Of a DNA stretch of 64,000 bases, positions 47,922-61,656 are shown piece by piece. Location: NCBI RefSeq assembly GCF_964188315.1, contig NC_135657.1, forward strand, positions 52,142,001 to 52,206,000, read 5' to 3'. The notes under the pieces are model-generated. The model saw only the letters and a program-made list of their open reading frames with translations. It made no database searches and was not told the DNA's origin. The position numbers were made by a program, and so were the translations under genes. Position 1 is the first letter of the stretch, and every line of letters starts with the position of its first letter. This DNA comes from Podarcis muralis (Eukaryota).

Positions 47922-50900
47922 CACTTAACCCTAACACTTTGAAGGTCCTTTTGATAAGAGCCTGTATGTGTATACCATATCACATGTGAGTGCTACAAAA
48001 TTAATATGTATTGAGATGTAAGTGTAAAATGCAGACAACCCATTAAACACGTGGATGCTGTGGACAACATGGAGTCATTTACAAAGTGGGTATTGAGTCA
48101 TTACCCAATGTGAACAATGTGGACCCCATGTGGACAACATGGAGTCATTACCCAAAGTGGGTCCCACCACTGAAGCAGGTCTACATCGTTTGTGTGCTTT
48201 GACTTCATGTTAAATCCAGGTTTGCTGGATTTATAGTGGCTAGTGATTATGTCTCCCCCAGTTTAGATTGGTAAATATACTGCTAGCGACACTATACTAA
48301 AGAAAAAGCAATAGTGAGTGAGAAACAGCCAAGCTTGTTCTCATTGTGAGGTACCCAAAACTGACTTTGGTTGGATTGCTCTGTTAAGAGTTTTAAACTA
48401 GCTTAACCATTTAAAACAATTCACCTTTCAGAGTCAATAAAGTTTTGGAAGGTGTGGCAACATTTGTGCTCAGCTGACCTTGACAATCATTTTTTTAAAA
48501 AAGGGGTCCTCTTGAAACCCAGAGTTGTGCTGATATTCTTGAGAATGGTGACAATTGCAACAGACACTGACATTCCAGTGTGAATTCCAGAAGAAAAGCA
48601 CATGTTGCTAAAATTTCCTATCTGAATCTTTGTCACATTTTCCCAGTGGATCTTTTTCCTATTCCACAAATTGAACAGCTTAGTCACTGATCAGCTTCTG
48701 ACAGTACTTGAGTACAACCACCATACTTCTATTTTTTTAACCAAGACAGAAGTTGGATACACCTTTCACACACAGAGTAGATTTAGTGATGTTGACTAAA
48801 TCATTTTCAGAGAAAAGGAAAGGGAAATTGTGCATTGCATGCTTCCCAAATACATACAAATTGTTTTTATTAGCATGAAGCTTTATAGCACTCTCCAGAT
48901 ATTACTGTGTGAGGTTTCATTTGCACATATAAGCAAAATCTCCACATGATGCTGTACTGTCACTACTAATAACTTTAACTGTAAAATTGTCAGTTCTGTA
49001 GTATTTTCATTTTGTTCCTTTTGGGAGGAGGGCTTGTAAAACCTCACATTCTGAGTTTGAATACTGTAGACATATTTGTACATATTTGCAGTTTTTTTCC
49101 TGAATTGTCCTAGAATGTGCTTTGAGGGGGGGGGGGAATCTGTAAAAATACCAATGTAAACATGCATTTTCATATAGTTGGGGTTATGTGGTACAGATCA
49201 ATGCAGAAATGAGATGCAATAATCATGAGTGAACACGTTCAAAAGTGACACCAACCAGAAATGAACTAATGTGCACATATCTATCCTGAGTATTGTTAAA
49301 GTTATGGATTTGGGGGATAGATTCCTACTTAAAGTAATGAAGCCTTTCAGTGCCAGCACACTCATCTACAAAAGGATTCTCTCTACTGCCTATTATAAAC
49401 ATAACTGCTTTCTAAGATGGGTGGGAAGAGGTAGACTAGGATGAGGGATAAATTGCTCTGTCTTTTTAAAGATGTATTTTGAACTGAGAACTGCATTGGA
49501 TGATTTGGGGGAAAGCTGGATAGCAAAGCTTGATAGCAAAGTTCCTGTTTGCATATGGCTCTAAGAAACCTGGATCAGTTCATATAGGAATATGTCACAA
49601 CTGAATTCTTCAAGCATCCCTGGCTGTCAGTGATGAGAGCTTTCCATTGGCAGCCTGGAATTTATACTTGCTAGATGCTAGTTAGCAGAAAGACTATGTA
49701 CTTTTTGAAATAAGCTGTAAAGTGTGATTGCTGTTCTTGTAGGAATTTATGATTGTGGAGATCCTTGCCACAATGCTGGAAACTGGATTCAGATCGCCTT
49801 AGTTATCCTTGCAGTTCAACATGTTCATAAATTTTTGATAGACACTTTTTGTTTGTTAAAAGAATTGAGTCAAGGAAATATACTGGTGAATGCAGTGGGA
49901 TTTTCGCTAGGTAGTATATTAGTGGAATAAGCCCTATGTAAGGTAATAAGCCCTCTTGGGTTAATAAAAAATGTATTTCACCCAGTGCACAAGGCTGAAC
50001 TGTGTTTATGTGAGACAGATTAACAAAGTGTTTCTGTCTTGTGTAATAATTTACACTGTGGCAAAAGGAATGTCATTAGCTCCAGTGGAGCTGCTCCAGG
50101 TTTTGCCTTGTGCAAGTGATCATTTGCATAGCATGCAAGACAGCAAACTCTGTTCCTGCACAAGACTTTTAAAATGAATGTGGGTTTTACAGGATCAGTA
50201 GCAGAGACAGTAGCAGAGACTGTGTTATTTCTATAGATTCCATTTTAACATGGAAATACATCAGATACGAAAAGGACCTCAAGTTACAGGCATAGTTAAA
50301 GTTTTCCATTCTGTATCATTTAAAACACACTATTAATTTGCTTTGCATCCAATTGTCACAGGAGAGCACCACCAAATTCCATTAAGGTCTGCTATTTTGC
50401 ACAGTAAATAGCCATGAAAATGCCATGGTACTTAGTACAAATCCTTTGTCCCCTGCTAACACCTTCTATTACAACCGTCTAATTACTGTGTTCAGCAGTA
50501 ACCTTTGGGGACTTCCATAGGTAATTAGAACTCCAGAGCTTTCCCACAATAATCCAGTAAGGACCTTTAACTAGAAAGGATTATGTGATACTAATATTTT
50601 CACAACCACATGTTCTCCACAGTTAATCGTTTCAATTAATATTTGGCAGCAATGCCAAAATTCACTAAGGTACATGCACAGTCTATTCTCAGGGAAGTTT
50701 TGAGATGAATGAGTTGCAGTTATAGCCATTGAAAGAATTCCTTGCGGGAAGGAGGCAATCTTTTTTAAATGCAACATCTCATTTGTGTCTAGGGAACCTT
50801 CTCTATTTATAATCAACTTTTTGCTACAGTAGTTAGAAAAGTGCTTAGTAAGTATTTAGCTGTCATCAAGGTGCATGTACTGAAAAGTCTGCCTAGTTAT

Positions 50901-52589
50901 GTTTTCACTGATTCAAAAAAGAAAAGAAAAAGACTCATATTCACGATGGTGTTTCTTAAAATGTTGTTGGCCTATTCTGTTTATAAATTCCATCCCTCTT
51001 CATTGTCTGCCTTCATTCCCTTTGTGCTTATTGATTCCCTGCATTCCAGCTTTTTTCAGAATTCAGAAATGTCTGCAGATTTAAATTCCCCTTATTTACG
51101 ACCTGCATAAACTCAACAGGTTGCCAAGTCACTTCTGTGACTTGAATTCCCTATACCATTTGTTTGTGCAGAACTGATGAAATGCTTCAAAGTATCAATT
51201 GTGTAATATCAAAGAAAGTGTGTATATAATATATTTTTCTTCGGTCTTAGAAGCATAATCATTTTTTTCCTTAGGTATTGCCGTATGTCTAAACTTGATA
51301 ATTGCTTAATTCCATCCCAGCACATATATCTATAACATATATCTATAACCATGTCATTTGCTCATTGTCTTCTGCCTCATATACTGCCTGATTATAATTC
51401 TGTTTTATCTCAAATAGTAACTGGGCTGGGGGAGGCATTTTAGAAGGGCTCATTCAGCATGTAGATTAAGAAAAGCATGCCATTTTCTTTGCATGAAACC
51501 ATAGATAGGGATAATATCCAATATCCATTTATCATAATATGCAACCTTTGATTAAATATATTTTTTAGTTCAACAGTATGAGTGACTTTTTGCTTTGTGG
51601 CAGATTACGGAAATTAGAAAGAACTTTAGCACAAAATAAAAAGTCATTTTGTTATATGCTTATTAAATTAAGGAGGAATCCAATCTGGAACTTACGCTAA
51701 TTAATGTAAAATAGGTGCTATTGAACTCCACAGTATTTCCAAATCATTGTTCAAAGTGCGTTATTTCTCTGAAATTTAAACACATCATAAATTGCCCCAA
51801 TTTCTGCCAGTTAGCTCAACAGCTCAGTTTCTTTGAAGATTCACAGTGAGATAATTTTTTAAATGTTTCTCTGAAGGGGAGGCATGAGACTCTCAAAATG
51901 CTTATCTTCTTTTTTCATTTAATGACAGAATATGTCTCAATTAGATTACATGGCAAAACTTCTGAGTCCATAAGATGATCATTATGAAATTGTAATGAGA
52001 ATAGGTTTATCACTGTCTTTCCACTAGTCTCAACTTTTTGAAGCACAACTTGAAATACTCCACTTAATCCAGAGATACCTGTAATTGATGAAAACAATTC
52101 CATGATGAAAGTAAGGTGGAAGCAATGTAAGAATATAAGCAAATAAATGAAACAACATAACATAAATAGTGTGGGCAGAGCAGTTGTTTCGTCATACAGG
52201 GTCACTGCCGTGCAAAGAAGTGAATCTAGGCAACTTAATTGTCTCTGTGTGCTCCACTATGTAGCTGCATTGCCAGATCTACAAATTTTGCCATTGGGGG
52301 TCAAAAGGCTGCACTGCTGCTCTCTATCCCTGATTGTGACGCCTCCTTGATGGGATTGGGTTCCTCTTTTGTGGTGACCACTTGCAATGTGCAGAAGTGT
52401 TTCCTAAACTATAAGCTACCAAAATATTTAATTAACCCTTTTCTTTTTTTACTAGACATCTCTGTCCACTGATCATTTACCTTTTCTTTTCCTTTCCATG
52501 CAATCCCTGTTCTCTCTTTCTAATGCCCACACTTAGGTTTTGTTCAGTGCTAGTGCACTCCAGCCAAAGGAGCAAAGTTTTTTGTTCTA

Positions 52590-53485
52590 TGTTTTTGAAA
52601 TTAGCTTTCTTGAAGTCCAAAGTATGCATCCCACTACACTCACCTTTCTCCCCATACATAGAATTCCAAGAGGATGTGGTCATCTCCTCCCGAGGTTCCC
52701 AGTACTTCTGCCTCATTGATCAGTTCTTCCCTGTTGATGAGGATCAGGTCCAATATAGTCAATCCCCTTGTTGCTTCGTCTACCTTCTGGGAAATGAAAT
52801 TGTCAGCAAGGCAATTGAGGAATTTGTTAGACTTTATATTTGAGGCACAGTTTGAGTTCCAACAGATATCAGGGTGGTTGAAGTCTCTCATGACTACTGT
52901 ATCTCTCCGTTTTGAATGTTTGGTAATCTGCTCTCGTAAGGTATCACCCAAGTCCTCATTCTGGCTTGGAGGTTGTTGTGTACTCCCACAATAAGTCACT
53001 GTTATTTCCCTCTCCTGCATTTTTTTACCCAAATACTCAACCTGTCTTCCATGTTCCAAGACATGGATTTCCCCACAACTTCACATGTCCTTTACATGAA
53101 ATGCTAATAATCAGCCCTTACTGCTTGGTCTACTCCTTTTGATAGGTTATGCCCCTCAATTACTGCATTCCAGTATTGAGCCTCATCACACCAGGTTTCA
53201 GTAATGCCTCTTATATAATATTTGCCATCCTGTATTAGATGTTTTCTGTGTGCTGCTCTGGTTTCACCAGAAGTGGCTTAGTCATGCTGGCCACATGACC
53301 CGGAAAAACTGTCTGTGGACAAACGTCAGCTCCCTCTGCCACTAAAGTGAGTTGAGCGCCGCAACCCCAGAGTCGTTTGTGACTGGACTTAACTGTCAGG
53401 GGTCCTTTACCTTTACCTTTTATTAGGAACTCAAGTTCCTCTTGTATCAACGAAAGTGTTATCCCACACTTCCCAGTGCATTTCC
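52590..53485 (-). mobile_element. CR1 ORF2 endonuclease-domain fragment interrupted by a Sauria SINE
   Basis: The minus-strand ORF 52640-53059 contains VMRDFNHPDICW...FLNCLADNFISQKVDEATRG..ILDLIL...DDHILLEF, the APE GDFN and SDH motifs. Removing the SINE restores QEELEFLIQDGKY. Confidence 0.85.
53239..53420 (+). mobile_element. Sauria SINE, 5'-truncated
   Basis: It has the body gtcatgctggccacatgacccgg and an (accttt)n tail. The TSD tattag is at 53233-53238 and 53421-53426. Confidence 0.9.
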
Positions 53486-53769
53486 CCTTCACTTTCCCTA
53501 TTACAAAAAATCTAATCTTTAGGCGAAAGCAGGTTTGTTGCACAAGACCTTTCAGTAAATTTCAGTTGTATAGCAACCTGAATTTGCTGGTATAGAATTG
53601 AATTTCAGTTGAAAATAGAGGCACTCCGGAAGCACCAGTCCTTAGTTTCAGGTTGCTATACAAAGACAAATCTAAAGGAAAAAATATATATTTCCAAAAT
53701 ATAAGATTAAAAACAAATAAAATAAAACAAAACCTACATACAGCAACAGTGTTTTGTGTTGTGTAGGCT

Positions 53770-53918
53770 CCTATGATGTAAGTAATGGGCCCCACATATA
53801 GCATATATTCAACACAAAAACCAGCAACAATTTGTTGTTGACAAAGGACAGCTGAACATATAAATGGCCCCATTACCTTCAGTAGTTTAGGGCCTCAAGA
53901 AACATAAATCCGGCCCTG
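53770..53918 (-). mobile_element. Probable terminal fragment of a non-autonomous DNA transposon
   Basis: The minus strand starts cagggccggattt...gaggccctaaactactgaaggtaatggggcc, which I recall as a squamate repeat end. The other terminus was not found. Confidence 0.4.
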
Positions 53919-53932
53919 AGCTTTACTTAAGA

Positions 53933-54068
53933 CTGTGGTGACCAAACTTGGCCCTCCAACTCTTTTGGGACTACGATTCCCATCATCCCTGACCACTGGT
54001 CCTGTTAGCTAGGGATGATGGGAGTTGTAGTCCAAAAACAGCTGGGGGGCCAAGTTGGGCCACCACTG
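53933..54068. mobile_element. hAT MITE, 136 bp, palindromic
   Basis: TIRs are ctgtggtgaccaaacttgg / ccaagttgggcaccactg. The 8-bp TSD acttaaga is at 53925-53932 and 54069-54076. An internal stem pairs ggactacgattcccatcatccct with agggatgatgggagttgtagtcc. Confidence 0.9.
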
Positions 54069-56471
54069 ACTTAAGATATTTACAAGAGATACAGGAATGA
54101 TTGACATTTTGTAGAATAGCAATCCAGTGTTCCATTTCATTATTATTCTCTCTCAATTACTTTATTGTATTTGGGAAAGCAGCACTCAAACTTCACACAC
54201 CATTCTAGGTTAGTCAAAACCTCTTCAGTTACAATTTCTTTGCTATCATAAAATGAGCTCCAGTTTGTTCCCAGGATGGGCAAACCTCTCAGGCAGAACT
54301 TGTACTCTGCTTGGGGGCAAGATAGGAGAAGCTGTTGTTTGAAGGTGCTCCAATGTTTCTCAAGGGCTAAATAAACTCCTTTCTAGACACAGCTTTGTGA
54401 AAATTGCTAAGCTCAATGAATTCTATTATTTTACCCTCCACATGCTGTTTTGTTGCTTTCAGAAGTACAGAGTAAGAGAATTGGCAGCTGCTCAATGAAA
54501 TTACTGTTAAGCTCACATCAAATGAAGAAAGTGCAAATCTGCACAGCCAAGGAGATGTCATTGTTTTTCAACTAACTAGTGAAAATCTGAATTCATCCTG
54601 TCTGACTAGGTTAAGAAGGCTGCACCTTAATTTTACTTCCAATAAACTTTTCTGCCAAAATTCACAGAATTTGTAGAGTTAGGTCCACTTAAACTCAACA
54701 AGAGTGAGAGTCAAGGAAATATACCCTCTATATTTAACTGTATCGCAGCCTTAACCGACAATCCACAAAGCATGCAGTATCTGGTGTGTGTTTTTTAAAA
54801 GAAATCTCAATACTAAGTGCAGGGGACTCTTGATTTTCATCAAGGTTACAGTTTACAGGGAGGTATAATTTAATCCTTCCTTCCCAAGCTTTGATTCCAT
54901 TGAGAACCATCAATCTCTAAACACACACAGAGTGAAAGGGAGAGCGCTATGAGGCTGAAGGGGAAATGCTTTTTTTCCTAAATGTCATGCTGAGGTTCCA
55001 ATGAAAATTAGGAGGCTATGCATTTAATGCTAATTTTTTAAAAAAACACAGAGATGAGACTGAACACTGTGCATTTAACATCATCTGCACCAGCTAGATT
55101 TACCATACTTGATCATAAGTGACAAAGTGTGGTTACATTGGGGAAGGAGACTGCTCCAAATTGTGCTATGGTACATTTTTAACTATGTGTGTATTAAAGT
55201 CAAATAATCAAGGATCATTCAGATTTAGACAGGAGAAATAAACCCATGTAATTCTCCAGTTCTTAACCTGCACTTAGATTTTGATGACAATTTAAACTTA
55301 GCAAGCTATTTGTGTAACTAATGTATTATGGCACCATACACCTGGCTTTTTATTCTAACCACAATGTTTATTTCATCTAGAATGGAGCAGCGAATAGAGG
55401 TGTGAGAGACTGAGGTGCCTATTAGAAATATATTGCCAATTTGTTGCTCTAGGTGGTAACTAATTTTAGGATAGCACAAGACATTATACTAGCAAATACA
55501 TCCTTTCTAATCATGTGTCAGCTGATGGATGCTAATGTGGGGAAGATTCACAATGGAAGGAGAAGCTTAACCCTTCCCATGCCTGCCAGTTATTCTCAGC
55601 ATATACCTTTGTAATAATTTTCCATTGCAGTTCAACTTCTTTCCATTTTGGACTTTAGCTTAGGTCCTAGGATAGCCATTTTACAAACAAAAAATGGCTA
55701 TAGCATGACAGCATTTGCAAGGAAATCTCAGCAGGCAAGGTAAGAGTTAAGCACACACATATTCCCCTGCCAATTTTTTCCTGCAGATTCCTCATTCCCA
55801 GAATTGTGTTTTGATGGAAACACAGGTTGAGAGCACCATATTCTCCTTGAAACATCCATTTAAGCCCTTGGGATGTTCTCCTTGCTTTCAAGGAACCTTT
55901 GTTCTCTCAGTTAATCACAGCACCACACAAGAAATTCATGCTCAATATCTTTAAAAAACCTGATAATGAAAGATTAAATTTCAGCTTCTCATCAGAGCAT
56001 TTGGAACAGGGTGGTACAATAAATTTTGTGGTCTTCAGAAATGTTTTTTTCCCTTTTTGAAATGTTTTATTATAGTTTAGCTATGAGAAACGTTTTGTGA
56101 AGTTTTTCAAATAATTGTGCCTATCATTTAAATACAAGTTTTCAGCGTGTACTTTTAAATATATATTCCATAGCTTAATGAAGGCTCATATATATGGGTT
56201 TTTATCATGTTCTGAACCTCCATAGCTTACAAACCAGAAAACCATTTTTTATGTTAGACAAAATGATTGGTCTTCAATTCCTTTGTTTCTCTTTCTTTGA
56301 ACCACAATCTGATAACTTATTTTCATGAGCAAGATTATAAAAGAAAGGCAAACCAGAAAGAAATGTATTTTAAAAGTTATTTTCTTCCAAGACATGCATT
56401 GTGTTTCTTTTGAAATGAGACCTTTTTCTTCTTTTTGCTAGATGTTTGAAAGGCATGTGAGATTTGCTTTG

Positions 56472-56523
<52 letters not shown>
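56472..56523. repeat. Compound (TC)n(AC)n microsatellite
   Basis: Read directly from the sequence. Confidence 0.9.
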
Positions 56524-56934
56524 TGAAAACAATTTTGGATATGGATGCTCTTTTATTTCCCCAATTTATTCCCCAAATGGAATGGAATGAGCTGTGTATC
56601 TTCTCAGTTAATGCCCCCAGCTCAAAGCTTCCCTGACATAGAGCTTCCTATTTGACTACACTTGCCCATTCAGGTCACTGGAGGTGGGAATACTATTTGT
56701 GGAAACAGATCCATTTATTCCAAATATATACGAAGAAGCTTGCCTCTGGCCACATTAATTCATCATCCACCTTGACACAAAGTAAAAATAATAATAGGAG
56801 TTGTCTGATATGAACTTTTGAGTTTCTTCTGTAAATCATTTGGGTAACAAATGTTGATAGGCAGGGCAATCCTTTGCCCTTCTTATGCTGGAAGTGGAGG
56901 AGTTTAAATAAATCCATGAAGGATAATGCTACCA

Positions 56935-57113
56935 GTGGCTACTGGTTATGATAGCTGTGTACTGTATCCAGTATTGGAGGCAATATGCCTCTGAATACCA
57001 TTTACTGGGTAACACAAGTGAAAAGCCAGCCCCAACTGGCTGGCCATTGTAAAAACAGGATGCTGGACTTGATAGGCCTTTGGTCAGATCCAGTAGAGTT
57101 CTTCTTATGTTCT
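56935..57113 (+). mobile_element. Ancient CR1-type 3' end (cttatgtt tail)
   Basis: It reads ...ctggccattgtaaaaacaggatgctggacttgataggcctttggtcagatccagtagagttcttcttatgttctt. Confidence 0.6.
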
Positions 57114-57154
57114 TGATCCACAACCTAACCAACTTCCCTTCTTGAACTACATCT

Positions 57155-57400
57155 TCAACTGGACCAAACCTGGAATTCTGTATCCAGTTCTGGGCATCAC
57201 AATTTAAGAAGTATATTGACAAGGTGGAAGGTGTGCAGAGAAGGGCAACCAAGATGATCAAGAGTCTGGAAACTAAGCCTTATGAGGAATGGTTGATGGA
57301 GTTGGGTATGTTTAGCCTGGAAAAGTGGAGGCTGAGAGGAGATATGATGTCCATCTCCAAATATCTAAAGGGCTGTCACACAGAAGATGGAGCATTTATC
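57155..57400 (+). mobile_element. CR1 ORF2 C-terminal fragment
   Basis: It encodes [55 protein letters not shown]. Confidence 0.85.
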
Positions 57401-59659
57401 TTTGCAACAGCCCTGTGAGGTAGGCCACACTAAGTTAATTGATGTACATAAGTAGCAAGGGAATCCTGTTGACACCCCTGCTCTTCAGTGTATAAACAGT
57501 TCAGGTGATATGTCTCAAATTTTATATAATATCCTCCATTTAGATTGGTTAACTGCATGAGTTAACTGTTCTTACAAGGCTGTTCATAAATATGCTGAAA
57601 AGAATTAGCTTTTGTGTGGTGCTAAATGTGGTTGCATATGCAAATAGGCAATGTTATTCTGAGAGAAACAGCAGTGCAATATGACAAATACTTTATTTTT
57701 CGGATTCAGGAAATGTTAACAAAGCAGTTAAAATGCTTTGAAAACACTGCTTTTTTCCTGTCTTCTAGCAAGGAAAATAAGAGAGTTCCCACTTCTCTTT
57801 TATTTCCAATGAGTTTTATCCCCACAGTCCCTACAGAAAATCGACGGATGCCACAATATGGCTCATAGCAATGTGTCTTGTTTGCAAGCATGTGGGGGAA
57901 ATCAGCAGTAGCAAAATAGCACCTTTCCTCACTCGGGACATATGTTTTTCAAACTGCTTCCATTTTTCATCCTATCACTCTTGGCAAGCCAAGATATTTA
58001 TCCTGTCATGTAAACTGGCCACAGGAAGTAGATCAGTGTAGTAAACTGGGGAGCTTACAGCATCATTCAAGTGATTAAATGGATTTTGCAGCATCTCTTC
58101 CTCCCACATGTCCCCGCTCCCAATCATCCTTATCTTCAGGATTAGATTCCATATTAGAAGTCAAGATAAGTATGCTTTTAGCTTGCTGAGGCTTCACACT
58201 TTTCAGTACACAAGGGCACAACACCATGCTTGGGTGACTTCAGAATGATTCAGACTTTTCATATAGTAAATTAAATCACCAAAAAATAGTAATGGTTAGA
58301 GCATAGCTAGAAAGGCAGGAGTTGGAATTCTCTTTAACTACCCATGCAAGCCTTGTACACACTGAGGTGCATTCAAGGAACTATGCTACAGATCTCCAGA
58401 TATTGCTTGTTGGACCTTGATTTCATTTTGAACATGAATTAGAAAATGGAAATAAAAAAACAGATGTAGAGGAATATATAAGGTCCCAGGTGAATAAAGG
58501 GTAAATGAAGCCTGGCAGGAAATAGAAATATACTTTATTGCAAAATATACATACAAAAAACATACAATATATAGGTTACTAGTTTTATTATTAATTTTAT
58601 TTCTAAACCACCCTTCATTGGACAGTCACAGGGTGATATACAACAGTACTGTATATAAAATCTTACAAAAATATGAACACACACACTTTAAAATACCATA
58701 AAACATATTGTGCGGTAGCTTGCTATGAACTAGAGTTGTGAAATTAATTAGCCATGTTCCTTGTAATTTCTGATTTTCTGAATTGGGCCTTTAACATTGT
58801 CTAACATGATTTCTCTATACCATTTCTGTATCCTATATAAGCTGTTCATGGGCAATATGCAGGACTGATGGCGATAGTCAGCATCAACACCTGGCAATGT
58901 CAGGCAGAGTCCAGGCTCCAGCACCCTGTCATGGTCCCCTGATGATGCCAACCTTGGATCACTCCTTTATTATTTCTTATTTCTGTCCAGGCACTCTGAG
59001 CAGTGCAAGGCAGCTGAATCTAGCCATTCTTTTGAGTCACTGCAATCAGGGACAGTGTGTCCCATTTTGCTGTTAAAGCCAGAACAGGAATTGCCATGCT
59101 GCGGCCTGCCCTTCTGCCTCAGGTGGAGAGGTGGCACTGGCATTGGCTCTGATTCCATGTTATATCTGGCTGGTTTTGGCACCCTCATCCCATCTACGTA
59201 ATGGCCGTGCTGGCCCTGACTACAATTGTGCTGACCTACAATTCTGTCCCTCTAAGATGCTGTGGAGAGTTAAAAGGGTAACTAGACCCAGCTGTCCACT
59301 GCTGCTTGGAGCATTGCCACCAAGTTAAGCCCACCAGAACACTGGACGTTTTGCCCACAGCTCCCTCCAACCTGGAGCCAACCCCATCTGTACGTGCAGA
59401 ATTTGGTAGGACTCAACAACTGCCCAGAAACCTGAGAGGCAAAGTTTTAAGTTTTTAAAAGCAAGTTTCTACTATCACAGCCACACAGATATGGCCCAGG
59501 CAGCTCCTGAAAGAATATGGTGCAATCTCCAGCACTGTAATCTGCTTCCATGGAAGAATACCCTGGGGATCATAAGTAATCTGCTGTGAAGTCTTTAGAC
59601 ACAAAGCGGGTTATGCATGGAACAGGTAGTGTCTGCAAATGTCCCATGGATTTTCTCTA

Positions 59660-59910
59660 CCCTGTGGATAAGCATGAGCTAATAGACACAGCAAACTTTG
59701 ATTCCTGAGTAGAGGTTAGCAGTTATGCGATAATAGGTCAGTCTTCTTACTGATCATAGAAAGAACTGGTTAACTAACAGGAAGCAGAGATGATTGGACA
59801 GCTCCTGCAAGTTTAAACAGTGGTCTTCTCCAAGGATTTGTATTTGGACCAGTTGCTTTTTAACCTGTTCATAAATGGCATGGAGTTGGGGGGTGAGCAG
59901 TGAAGTGGCC
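59660..59910 (+). mobile_element. Old CR1 RT-domain remnant
   Basis: It has a degenerate W..RKQR...SG(L/V)PQG.V.GP.LFNLFIN..ELGVSSEVA pattern (aactggttaactaacaggaagcagaga...tttttaacctgttcataaat...gtgagcagtgaagtggcc). Confidence 0.6.
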
Positions 59911-60809
59911 ACAGTGTCTGCTTCCCACCATATTTAGTTCCTGAAACTGGTGACATGGTATCATCACATTGTGCATTTCCCTAATATGTGTCTTTTTTGT
60001 TATTTAAATAGCAACTATGGAGGTAAAGCAACCAAGACTGGGACTATACTACGTTGGTCCCAACGAACAGTTTCCATTGGTTCTGTAAAAAGAAATAGTA
60101 GATTATGGTGCTTCCTGGTAAATCCTAGTGATCAAGCTACTATACCATGTATCTCTTGAAATACCTCATCCGTTCATTTTACTGTGGATATACTTGAAAT
60201 AGAACAGGCTTTTCAGAATCCTAAATTAAATGAGAAGGTTTTTTTAAAAACCCAACTAAAATTCATATCAGCTCCTCTGGAGAGCTGTGCAATTTGAATT
60301 TTTGTAATAGTTTGAATAGCATAAGTAATCCACAATTTATTCATTCATAGTTTATTAATTTCCAGTTCATTAGTGCAGAGCTCATAATGTGTGAATGTGA
60401 AATTAACTCTCAAGCCGGGTGGTAGGAAATCTACTCAATCAATGAAACATTTCTATTGACATAAGTAAAGTTTCTCATGAGGAAATGGAATATTGACAAA
60501 GGTTGGATGATCCACTGAAGCTGCACAAACAAATGTTAGATGATTCCCCCTAAAGCATCTGCCAATGGTGAATCTGCTGCCACTCTGTTTTAGAGGCTTT
60601 TAACTGTAGAACCTTACTGTTACAGTTTTGCTGGTAGCAATGATTCAAAATGGTGCTGCCATGTGGGCATAAGACATCTTTTGCCTGTATCAAACTATCT
60701 CCAGCAATGACTGCTTTGCAGATCAAACCCCAAGAGCTGTAAATCTGCAACTCTTTGTTGACTACATAGTTAATATTTTTGGCCTCGCAAACTTATGATT
60801 TGTAGTTAC

Positions 60810-60932
60810 AGGTGTGTTGGTCTGCTGTAGTCAAAACAAAATTTAAAAAATCCTTCCAGTGGCACCTTAGAGACCAACTAAGTTTGTTATTGGGATGAGT
60901 TTTCAAGTGCATACACACTTCTTCAGATATCT
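60810..60932 (-). mobile_element. Penelope-like element remnant
   Basis: gtgttggtctg...ccttccagtggcaccttagagaccaactaagtttgtt...cacacttcttcagata is homologous to 44590-44745. Confidence 0.7.
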
Positions 60933-61620
60933 GTGCTACAGTGCAAGCAGTGTAGCTGATACTACAAGATGCTTCCCTTTGTATCAGAGAGCGGGATCAA
61001 GCCCTTAGTTGATGGTTCTGGACAGAAACTCACTGCTGATTCATAATGCCGCATCTTACTGTCAACACAGACTAGAATTTTATTCTCCACAATGCCAAAG
61101 GCTATATACTCCTTTCTGTTCCTTGTTTGTTGAACCTTTTGCTTTAGTGTACTTTAGTATAAGCTGATAAATATCATTTTATGAAAGCTTCGTGTTTTCA
61201 GTGATCATCCGGTGTCCCTCCCACATGCACACATATCCACACCAAAACTTCAGTAAACAAAGCATCAAGCACTAATAATGATTTCAATTATATGCATTCT
61301 TTCTCTTGTTCTCTCTCACACATATTTTTACACTAAATCTAAATGACAAAATATCTTCCAGTAACACTATAGTCATACATCTTTTTCCTCAAGCATTTTA
61401 AAAATCAAACTAGCATTTTATGTGCTGGTGAAAATATGTAAACCTAGATAGCCTTTGAAAGGCTAGTCACCTGGCTACATAAATGCAGCAGCAGAACTCA
61501 GCTCATGTAATGAAGCTTTCCTGCTCCACCCCTTGGAAAGCCACTCTGGAGTCTAGTATCTTTGGAAAGTAAGTATAAAATCTGTGCATATGTACATGAA
61601 ATATTGGCAGCAAATCTCAA

Positions 61621-61625
61621 GTATG

Positions 61626-61656
<31 letters not shown>
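61621..61656. repeat. (TATG)n microsatellite
   Basis: Read directly. It abuts the 5' end of the Sauria SINE. Confidence 0.85.

Noticed and set aside
2956-49136. Many poly(G)/poly(C) runs of 9-14 nt as a G-quadruplex system
   Set aside because: They are isolated homopolymers, some clearly expanded inside TEs. Their lengths are also prone to sequencing error.
52590-53485. That this CR1 endonuclease fragment and the CR1 at 1620-3685 are halves of one rearranged element
   Set aside because: They are 49 kb apart, on opposite strands, and differ clearly in degree of decay.
58926-59450. Possible solo LTR beginning tgtcatgg
   Set aside because: I could not find a matching terminal CA with a 4-6-bp TSD, a PBS or a PPT.
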